A stretch of DNA of 60,000 bases, taken from positions 13,208,001-13,268,000 of the forward strand of contig NC_087245.1 in the NCBI RefSeq assembly GCF_037042905.1, in the 5' to 3' direction. The notes beneath the pieces are model-generated. The model was not told the DNA's origin and searched no databases. It worked only from the letters and a program-made list of their open reading frames with translations. This document shows positions 51,001 to 60,000 of the stretch, piece by piece. How positions within the stretch are numbered: the stretch's first letter is position 1; each line of letters starts with the position of its first letter. The translations under genes and the position numbers were made by a program. The stretch is from Lytechinus pictus. Lineage: Eukaryota.

Positions 51001-51659
51001 CAAAATGAACAATATTTTTACACATGCGAGCTTCAATAGTCTTTTCTAAGCTCTTTTGTGATCAAGTCAGTCGCTTAAACATTCCTGTGAAGGACATGTG
51101 TGATAAACTGGGAAGTTTGTTTAATCCATTCTCACTTTCATTGGTCTTTCTTTTGCCATTTTTTTAAACTTTGGATTTTGACACCAATTGATGCAAGGGA
51201 CTATACATGTAGCCTCTCTGATTGAACCAATCTCTTAATTATTAATATGTGCTTAGAAAAGATTATTGAAGTTAGCATGTGTAAAAAAAATTGTTCATTT
51301 TGACTAGGTGGAATTTTTGCAGTGCCCTTGTAAATTTGATAAGTTTCTTTTTAACCCAGTTTACGAAGTAATTTGAAACTGCAAGTGCAATTGTATGAAC
51401 TCACAAATCCCAAAGTTGATTTTGTTTAGTATACATGTATATGATATTTAATTTTTTTTTATATGAGTTTCATGTTCTTATTCTTTCTCAGGTTTTGAAT
51501 ATCAAGCTTGATAAGGAGTTAAATCCTACCATCAGAGAGGTCTTTTCAGATAATACAGGACTGATAAAGTTAAGCAGTGTTGCTAGTCGCTATGGAAACG
51601 GCTTGCTCATCGGGACTGTGGTCGACAAGGCTGCCTATTGTGAAGGAATAACATTCTGA
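28875..51659 (+). CDS. PON: Serum paraoxonase/arylesterase (PON family, six-bladed beta-propeller), 9 exons, 358 aa
   Basis: Exons 28875-28948, 40808-40878, 41576-41631, 44524-44686, 45531-45666, 47144-47341, 48087-48168, 48970-49098, 51492-51659 (1077 nt, phases consistent). Motifs: N-terminal hydrophobic anchor, PGKC, GSEDIVTSSNGLAFISSG, ASND, FANGVNISPD, PDNINID...GSLWIG, LLIGTV..KAAYCE. The 9-exon layout resembles vertebrate PONs. Confidence 0.95.
29600..30880 (+). mobile_element. Degenerate HINE-like tandem-repeat element
   Basis: Repeated gtcaaaggtcatctaggggtcaaa / ttgctctcatttctttatttctg units. 3' end caggtgagactcatgggtcgtgatccatcttgtt. Start approximate. Confidence 0.55.
31646..31761. 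mobile_element. 116-bp palindromic hAT-like MITE, 8-bp TSD
   Basis: Near-complete hairpin cagtagcggaccgtgac...gtcacggtccgccacag. Flanks gttctatt / gttttatt. Confidence 0.75.
31888..32368. mobile_element. Harbinger-like MITE, ATA TSD, inserted in the left TIR of the foldback element
   Basis: TIR aggtggtttcaaaccgcctcga / tcgaggcggtctgaaaccacct. The empty site gctaacATAgagggc is visible in the right arm. Confidence 0.9.
33436..34045. mobile_element. Kolobok-like MITE
   Basis: ttaa-aggtcaagtccacc ... gatggacttgacc. Opposite orientation to the 34934 copy. Confidence 0.8.
34934..35526. mobile_element. Kolobok-like MITE, TTAA TSD
   Basis: TTAA|aggacaagtccacccc ... ggggtggacttgacct|TTAA. Confidence 0.85.
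36304..36882. mobile_element. Kolobok-like MITE, TTAA TSD
   Basis: TTAA|aggacaagtccacccc ... ggggtggacttgtcct|TTAA. Confidence 0.85.
37380..38117 (-). mobile_element. HINE/Helentron-like element
   Basis: Minus-strand 5' end tttttaactcatccggcccgaagggctagatgagctt (hairpin) followed by gtccgtcc. Two internal copies of an about 355-bp repeat (aaatgcgcataaattagcatatttaatgag). Confidence 0.65.
41990..42232 (-). mobile_element. tRNA-derived SINE (degenerate)
   Basis: Head gggtcgtgtggtccagtggttagagca...gagtttgaatcccc on the minus strand. Confidence 0.65.
42316..44034. mobile_element. Foldback-type element with about 600-bp diverged TIRs
   Basis: taggagtgggctata... at 42316 and ...tatagcccactccta at 44034. 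Arms at about 42316-42930 and 43397-44034 are reverse complements. Confidence 0.85.
45933..46654. mobile_element. Harbinger-like MITE, CAG TSD, nested in a ggatccagg...ggatccgccagtg element
   Basis: TIR gggtggtattctg / cagaataccgccc flanked by CAG. Host remnant continues to 46865. Confidence 0.7.
47989..48047. repeat. (TA)n microsatellite
   Basis: Direct observation. Confidence 0.95.
49522..50795 (+). mobile_element. HINE/Helentron-like element, second copy of the 4331-5427 family
   Basis: gtctcgcctgca...tgcaggcgagac, same internal tandem repeats, internal re-duplication of the 5' module at 49841. Confidence 0.8.
50940..51362. mobile_element. MITE with about 75-bp TIRs
   Basis: ctgggtt..aaaagaaactt.tcaaa.tttacaagggcactgca is mirrored at 51291-51362. 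Confidence 0.65.
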
Positions 51660-53619
51660 TCATGTTGAGTGCAAATTGAACAGTTTTTATACCTCTTATC
51701 CAATAATGATAGTAAAATTATTATTGATCTGAAATTGATTAAGTATTATGATGATTTTGCAAAGAGTATATATTCCAACATGAATGATAGAGGGGAAGAC
51801 CAGGGTTAAGATATAAATGGAGCAAAAGGAACTAAAGGTATGGAAGGAAGCAGTGCATGATTGGAAGGAGTAGAGATAACAAGAGAGTACTGTATTTCCC
51901 AAATGAGGCATATATGTGTAACTGCCAACATGACCCCTGTCTTTTCCAGCATGGGTTTCCATAGTGATTCATGCATTGTTTGGACATAGAGGACTCCCAT
52001 AAGTTTTACATACTGAATCTGTGTGAATTCACTGAGCCAGAAAAAATTAGTATTTTTTAACCTCATTGGACTTTTGTATGTAAGGTATTCATCTTAATGA
52101 GGAAATAACTTCACAGCTTGTTGGTATTGCGCGTGTCTTTTGCCGATAACTCTATGGAATCAGGAGACTGCAACAAATAAAGAAAAATGAATTTAGGTTT
52201 AACATTCTTAGAATCATATTTCTGATTGATAAAATATATGGTTAATAATCTAAGTACAAGTCTGAAATTGAACTACCTCTTAATGATTAAAATTACATTT
52301 ATTGATATCTTGGGCAGTAATGGCAGTCATTCGATACATATTAATGAACATGTATGTTCTGTGAAGTTATGACTTGTTAAATCGCTGTCTTATCACAATA
52401 TAAATTCTGTATTCAAGTTTTGTTAAAGGCAATCAAAATACCTAAAACCTGGCATTCCGTGAATTCACTGGTATATGGAGGGTTTCATTAGCCCTTACAA
52501 TTTTATTTTAAAAGAGAAGTTGAGCTTTATAATGCCCTTGTACATTTGACATTAAAAAAAATATCATCAGCCCAAAAGTGGTCGGAATATCATTCCCCCA
52601 AAGAATAATGATGATGATGATGACAGACAACTATATTTTTCCCAGTTTATTTGCTAGAAGATGAATGTGGATCCCTAAATTTTATGCTTATTATTTAATT
52701 AAATGGAATTTAATTTATTGTCCAATTAAATGGAGATTTGGTGCTCGTTGGTTATCAACAAATTTACAAATATTAAAATAAATGAGATATATCCATTAAT
52801 AAGAGCAAAATGGCATTATTATAGATTGAAAGAGGTTGGTTTGAGACTAAAATTATCAAAGATGAGTGCTTGCTTGACTCCAACATCAGTGCTTGCCATG
52901 AAAACATAATCAGTACATATGAATATGTTGTTTCCACCGCACTGGATGCTTGTATTCAAGTTCTTTTCACTGTACAAAGAAAATGGTTCCTGTTTTTTCA
53001 TTCATTACAAAAATGTTGGAAAGACAATAGCTGTGAAGAGTCTAATCATTGGCATACTTTTGGAAAACTGTATATACATGTAAGCTTAAAACATTTCAAA
53101 AGTTTTACTGATGTAATTGATTTACCAGTGACCCGATAGCCTTAGGGCAACTCCATAGGTTGGTGGACATGAGCTCAATGTGTCTTTGTACTGTATAGCC
53201 CATCTGAACCGTAACGTGAGTAACCACTTTATCTGCACCCCTAGTAAAAACCATGTGTTCTTTATTTTTTAATTATGTACAAATTTGTCTCCCTAATATA
53301 CTTCTTTGAAATGGATATAATGAACTTTCATAAAAGCCCTGTATGAGGACACTTTTCACTTATGTCCACTTTTCATTTTATGCATGTCCAAGTCATGTAA
53401 CCTGAGTAACCGACACATTTCAAGGATTTGCAAGGAGCATAATGAAATTTCCCAAGTTTTGTTTTTATACAAAGGATAGTCAGACTGCGTACTATGTTGT
53501 GATAAAGAGATGTTTAGTTCCTATCAATAATAATGGAGTTACAGCTCCAAGTATGAGTCAAGGTGTCTCCAAATGTAACGTGGGTAACCGTGGAATAGCC
53601 CCTTAATATTCTATTGCCT

Positions 53620-53860
53620 TTCTGTAATTACACTACAGCGCGATATATTCAATAATTGCTTGCTATTTGATAGCATTGTCATAAATGGCACTTCACCGAA
53701 TTGCAAGCAACCAAAAGACTGACAATGGAGAGGTCCTCTCCGAGGGACCTGGTAGTGAGGATTAATGCCATACCAAAGGGCACTGGTTCACTAAGTGGGA
53801 ATCAAACCCGGATCGGGGAATACGAAACCTTTGCTCTACGGACTGAGCTATTGCGCCTCC
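53620..53860 (-). mobile_element. tRNA-derived SINE (degenerate)
   Basis: Head ggaggcgcaatagctcagtccgtagagc...gggtttgattccc on the minus strand. Confidence 0.65.
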
Positions 53861-54523
53861 ACTATCGTGAAAGTAAATGATCCTATTATTTCATTGTGAA
53901 ATAAATGATGCCCTCTTTAAGTAATTTGTACCCCACCCTCCCCTATCAAAATAACCTGGTGGTATGTTTTTTAATGATTTAAATGTGTACAATTTATTTG
54001 TATTTTACATTGCATGTCTGGAAAGATAACTTTATGTAAATCATGCATTTATATATATTCTACATGTTTTTATGTGTTGAGACAGGTGTGTACTATTTTA
54101 TACTCAAAACGATTTATGTGCCATACCAAACAAATAGATATATATTATGATAAATGTTATACTTAATCATTCAAATAAATATGCTTTAACAATTGGAGGA
54201 TAGATAAAGTGTTTGCATTTTATCTGTCTAAAAGATAGTCCCATGTGAATAAGAGTATTCCAGATAACAAGTTAAATTCAATGTAAGGGTAGAAATGCAT
54301 CCCAATTAATTTGAACATACTGTGATATATATAAAAAAAAAAAGAATATCAAATTGAATGCTTAGCTTGTTTGGAATTTCCGTTAGATTTTGTTTTCTCT
54401 TTATAAATTTTATTTGTAATCACAAACAAAATACTTGTAACATTAACAACTATCAACAACATGTAACATCTCTCTGTCTCTCTCTCTCTATATATATATA
54501 TACATGGATACAGATGAAGAGAC

Positions 54524-54793
54524 AAAGAGTACATCTTTGAGAGGGTAATGCATTAAATCCAAACAAAACATTTATTCTAAAGTATATTCCGAATTTGCAT
54601 CGCAAGGCTCACTTTTCTTCAAGGATACAAAACTTTAATACAGTAACAAGTTATTGAAAATATATTGTCACTGTAAGTTTTGTATGAGTATCCCTGAAGA
54701 AGACGCGAGCCTTGCTTCGCAAAGTCGGAATATAATTTGGAAAAAACTTTTTGTCGGAACTTAATGCATTACCCTCCCAAAGATGTACTCTTT
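54524..54793. repeat. About 270-bp imperfect hairpin / inverted repeat
   Basis: aaagagtacatctttg.gagggtaatgcattaa... versus ...ttaatgcattaccctcccaaagatgtactcttt. Confidence 0.8.
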
Positions 54794-55380
54794 GGGAGGT
54801 AATTTATGACCAATTCAACCCCTTTATTTTTAATTCAATTAAACCCTTTTAATTTTGATTTGTGCCAAAGTAAGCATGACTGGAATTTAATTAAACCCCT
54901 TTAACTTTGATTAAAATAAAATCCAAAAGAATAAAAAGATGAGTATTCATTCCCACACATTACACATTTTGTTTTATGATTTTAACTTAAAACAAAAATT
55001 GTGTCAAAACCACTTTATTTTCTAGTAATTGACCCTCCATTGTTCTGGATGATCCACGTTTTACATCACTGCAAAGAATACCTCCTGATCATCCAAGCAT
55101 TAACACATACAACATAAATATGGTACGTATCAAATTATTTGGGAGAACATACTTTCAGGCCATATATAATAATTGCGTGTTCATGATCGACATATTTTTT
55201 CCTTAAATATGGGATTTGTGAGGTGTCATTTCTTTTTTACTCACAAGGTATATATATTTATATATATATATAGTCTATATAAAATCTTTTTGAATGTTAT
55301 TCAAATAAAAGTGATATCACCGTTAATATTGTACATGTGTTGGTGGGGTACTTAACAGGAAATTGAATCAAGTCTTAATC

Positions 55381-55800
55381 AGGCCACCGCAAACCTTACG
55401 ACCCGACGGGTCTCAGACTGGCTTGCAACTGAGTGAGGGGAGATGTGACGTCACAGCACTTGTCAGCTTGAGAGTCGCAGACCGGTCAGAGACAAGTCGC
55501 AAGGAAAATCGTAAGGATTTGACATGTCGAATCCTTATAACTGGATCGCAAGCTCAATGCAACTTTCAGCCAATCAGACAGCAGAGTTGCACGACGCGTA
55601 TATGATAACGCGCATACGCAGTAGTAAGCGCATTTTCTCAGTTGCAATGGCAAAAAGCGCATGCATGAGTCGCAGACAGCATGGTAGTCGGATCGCAAGG
55701 TGTGCGGTGTCGAGGCTTATGACTACCTTGCGATTCATCTCCCCTCACTCAGTCGCAAGCCAGTCGCAGACCAGTCGGGTCGTAAGGTGTGCGGTGGCCT
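55381..55800. mobile_element. Harbinger-like MITE, close copy of 15329-15737
   Basis: Same TIR and interior. Confidence 0.85.
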
Positions 55801-56908
55801 TTAGGCAATTACATACAACATTTTTGCTGTAGTGGAGTAGGGCCTACTCATCCAAAACACCAATAAGACAACTTAAGTCTTGATATATTGACATACAGTG
55901 GCAGCGGTGGGATACATATCAACAACAATTAATGATTTAAATATACTTGTTGTGTCACAACATACTGACACACACCCACACAACTGAAATGATTTGTTAC
56001 TTGTTAATGTTGTTCCATACTGACAAAAGAACAACAATTCAACTGATGAGCACACCTTTAGTTTCTTTAAAAGAATGCATAAGAATTCAGACCAGGACTT
56101 TTGATATACAAACATCAAAAGGTCCTGTGTCATAACATAAAGAAGCATTTAATACTACCAGATGACTCTAACAGATGAACTCCTAGACAAGTGCAAGTGA
56201 AATTTGATAACTATTTTTTTAAACCAACATAATATGAAACTGAATGAATATAAGAAATATATAAGTTAAAAGAATCTCATTCATATTAAACTTGAGACAA
56301 AACAGGCACATATTTAAATATAATCTTCATATTCATCATTATAATCATCAGATACTGTTTCTAAATAAGATATGGGAAGAATGATACTTAGAAATTAATT
56401 GCTAAACATATTTTATAAACAAGTTTCAAAACCATCAAGATCAAAAATATAAAAACTTTAATATATATAATATATAAAAATATATGTTTTCTTTTTAGAA
56501 AAATATATATTGAAATACTGCATGTGAGTTGGTAAGATATTACACAGGAAATTGGCATCAAGTATTGGAAAATTAAAGAAAGAAAAATTTTGCTGCAATG
56601 GTATAAAGCCCATCCACCATCATGTGTCTTGTCGTATTCCATTTACTGACATGGTGGACAGCAGTGGAGTACACATCCCACAACAATAACTGATTGCTAC
56701 TGGAATCAATTGGCATGTAATTTCACATTGGTAGTCATTTCATTGGATTCCAGTTTTTATCATTACCTCAGCAGGAATGTACTAGCAGCCAAAGTTAACA
56801 TCACATTTTCTGTTTTATTTTCAAAGTGATATTTATAGCTCAATTACTCAGCAATCAATAATATGAATCAATCACTGTTCAATATTGCTTTATTTCCCAC
56901 TGACATGT

Positions 56909-57910
56909 TTAGAACGTAACCCCTTCACAATAAGCAGCTTTATCAGCAACTGTCCCTATGAGCAATCTGTTTCCATAGCGACATGCAACACTACAATACC
57001 GTATCAGTCCTGTGTTATCCGATAAGACCTCTCGAATGGTTGGATTCAGCTTCTTGTCCAGGTGCATATTCAAAACCTGTTTGAGAAAAGAGAGAGGAGC
57101 CAGTTGAAGAAAGTAATAGAATTAATGGTACAATCGAAATAAAAATGTTAATAAATTAATTTCTTAAGATATTACTACACACACAATTTATGCCACTAAT
57201 TATAATGAATGTACCTGAATGTAACAGGTTCAACTATGAACTGGCACTTTTAAAGCCTCAGGCACCTACAACAGTCCACAACTAAATTTTGAGCAGGAAT
57301 CCTGCAAACTTCCTTCCATCACTAATCTTCACATTCCCTCATACAAAAAGAAGAATCCCTGCTAAAAGATGCAGTCCAGACTTTCATTAAGTGGCCTTAT
57401 TCTTGAATTTTGAATATCTTCGAGTTTCGAGTCAGTAGTTGATGCCTGGACATTGCCAAGGGCATTGACATTAAAATTGCGGAGCGTTTCGGCCCCGCAG
57501 TGAAATAGTCTCCGGACCTTGAAACATAAGGTAATGGGTTCAAATCCCAGCCATGACATAATTTCCTTTCTGCAAGAAATCTATCCACAATGCGCTGTAC
57601 TCAACCCAGGTGAGGTAAATGGGTAACGGCAGGAAGTAATTCCTAGAAAAAAGCTTTGAGCACCGGAATTGGTAGCCAAGCATAGCGGGTTAATTTAGGA
57701 GCGCCTTGAGCACATATCAAGGTGGATACGTGCGCTATAAAAATACCCTGAATTATTATAATTATTATTTTCACTACTCACCTGTCCAACTCCAGTGAAT
57801 TTCCCCAATTGGTTGAAGAAATGATACATCACAGGATTATTACCAATCCAAACAGATCCATCTTCTTTATCAATGTTGATGTTGTCGGGAGAAGTCCCAA
57901 GCTGAATGGC
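56909..57910 (-). CDS. PON: Second paraoxonase paralogue, last two exons (gene continues beyond the window end)
   Basis: Exon 57910-57782 (129 nt) AIQLGTSPDNINIDKEDGSVWIGNNPVMYHFFNQLGKFTGVGQ and exon 57076-56909 (168 nt) VLNMHLDKKLNPTIREVLSDNTGLIRYCSVACRYGNRLLIGTVADKAAYCEGVTF*. Same exon sizes as exons 8 and 9 of the + strand PON. Confidence 0.93.
57481..57770 (+). mobile_element. tRNA-derived SINE
   Basis: ggttcaaatccc B box, caacccaggtgaggtaaatgggta core, gcgcta..aaata...(att)n tail. Confidence 0.75.
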
Positions 57911-58548
57911 CTTTACAGATATTGATTATATTATTTAAAAAATACAGCTGAAATTGAATTTGGTGCCAGTTTATGCTTGTGTTGCCTCTGAAATGTCTAT
58001 TCACAAAGGACATATTTTGTACTTCTCTTATGGATGCCACTTAAAATGTTTTTAAAGTAGGGGCATTATCTGTAATGGGCACTCTTATACACAAAAAGTG
58101 TTTTCTGTGGCCAGAAATGTATTGAAAAAGTTGAATTACTGCTTCAGTCTGTAATGTGGCATCACATTATTTAAGTCTATTATTTTGCTCACATTTAGAA
58201 ACAGTGACTATTTTAGACTGCAGAAGTCGGCGGTATACACATACGTTCTATGTCTTGAAAAAAAAAAAAATCATTAACACTTCTTTGAGAGTGATCATTA
58301 CGGAGTGAACTACATCTTATCATGTGATTACTATTTGACCAATCACATTGCAAGATTCTTCAGAGGCATTGTGTGGAATATTATGCAGAATGAACTAATT
58401 TCCTTGGATTTTTAATGACCAATCTATTACTCAATTCTATAATTTTAGGCACTTGCATGTACCTATCACCACAAGGAAAAAAAATAACATCTCTCCTTGA
58501 GCCATAATCCACATTTCCCATTCATTCAGAATAACATTTTCATGCAGC

Positions 58549-59599
58549 AAAATAATAAGTCTTCTCTATTAAATCAACATCTTACAAACATCCGAAACAA
58601 AAAACGCCATTTCTCTACACTCCTACATTATACTTCCATCCCTCCCAACCAACCAAAACAAAATACACAATATACAATATATATTGAGGGATAGCTTGTG
58701 GGACGACTAGGAGCCGACCGACCGTTTTTATTGTACATGATAAAACAAATATCGAACTTGCAGAACACCGTTCTTGATAGATATTAGGAATCTATAATGA
58801 CATAACATACATCGTGTATTGTAGAGTAACAGTGACAAATGAACCGACCTCTTATCCTATATTATGCGACAAGTCAGACCAGTTGAAAAAACCAGAGGTA
58901 AAACTCGATGAGCAAAAAACTCTGGAAAAACTGTGAGAGACTTTTGCAAAACCCCCCTTGTGGGACGACTAGAGTCGACCATTCTACTTGCCAAGTTGTC
59001 ATGAAACACAAACGAGAACATATACAAATAACATCAAATCATTGATACAAATGCTCATACATATTTATCCTAAAAAACAAATGATTGGTCAATCACATTC
59101 GCTCATCTTATACGAATGAATGTGTACGCCCAGGATGAAAAAACATAGATAAAACTCAATGAGCTAAAAAAACTCTGAAAAACCCCAGGCCCAAAATAAA
59201 ATGCATAAAGCAAATTTATATAACAATATGATAAATTTGTCTTGGTGCTGTCACAAGCTAGAATGATTTACACATACACTTTCCATTGCCACGCCCTATA
59301 GCGTGTTCATCTATGACACCTGTTATGCATACCATTGTGCCCATTCTTCCTTTCAATCAAGGCGCCGGACCACGGCGTAAGAATGAATACATTAAAACGA
59401 TAAAACAACATTTGCCTGCTATACAAACGTACCGCAGGCAAATAATAGTCTTCTCTATTAAATCAACATCTTACAAACATCCGAAACAAAAAACGCCATT
59501 TCTCTACACTCCTACATTATACTTCCATCCCTCCCAACCAACCAAAACAAAATACACAATATACAATATATATTGAGGGATAGCTTGTGGGACGACTAG
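58549..59599. repeat. Near-identical about 155-bp direct repeats (about 58555-58710 and 59445-59599) enclosing two diverged about 260-bp units
   Basis: agtcttctctattaaatcaacatc...gatagcttgtgggacgactag occurs twice. cttgtgggacgactag also occurs at about 58957. Confidence 0.85.
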
Positions 59600-60000
59600 A
59601 ATTTCAAAGAACGGGAACAAAAGCTATAACGAGCTTGAGGAAATTCACGAGAAAACCTAAAAGTTACTCAATTGTATCTGCAGCAATACCAATTTAACAA
59701 AATAAATAATCCTTAGCCTAAAAAAAAATCATTTTTAAAGGCAATTATTAAAATATGAAAACAAATTAAACATTTATATCTAAAATGTTCTATACTGATT
59801 TTCGTACAAATTTAGACATTATCGTAGTGCTCATGTATAAACTCTGCCACAGAAAACAAATTAGATTTATCGTCATCTAATATGTACATCAAAAAATTTC
59901 CAACCATACTCCCACCAAATATTAGTATTATCTTTGATGATTTTTCAAACGACTACCTTATATGCCAAATAACATCACGACTCATGTTACATACACTTTC

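Overview
AT-rich, intron-rich eukaryotic DNA. An invertebrate deuterostome such as a sea urchin is likely, inferred from the repeat families and gene content. Four protein-coding loci can be read by hand from GT-AG splice sites. (1) A complete 9-coding-exon Bax inhibitor-1/TMBIM6 gene (+, 1107-9500, 241 aa). (2) A minus-strand two-coding-exon gene (20238-17641, about 604 aa) encoding a RING-less B-box2 + coiled coil + poly-Ser + Death domain + about 22 x 10-aa S/P/Q repeat tail. It has uORFs in its leader and a perfect NF-kB palindrome next to its probable first exon. (3) A complete 9-exon paraoxonase/arylesterase (PON) gene (+, 28875-51659, 358 aa) that keeps the main Ca-binding residues but appears to lack the catalytic His115/His134 dyad. 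(4) The last two exons of a second PON paralogue in tail-to-tail orientation (-). Introns and intergenic DNA hold many non-autonomous elements: an 8.3-kb foldback/Mutator-like element with about 0.8-kb near-identical TIRs and a 9-bp TSD in PON intron 1, hAT-like MITEs with 5-, 6- and 8-bp TSDs, Kolobok-like (TTAA) and Harbinger-like (3-bp TSD) MITEs with nested insertions, Helentron/HINE-like tandem-repeat elements, tRNA-derived SINEs and microsatellites. I found no transposase ORF, CRISPR array, rRNA or intact tRNA gene. All family assignments come from reading motifs by eye; no database searches were run.
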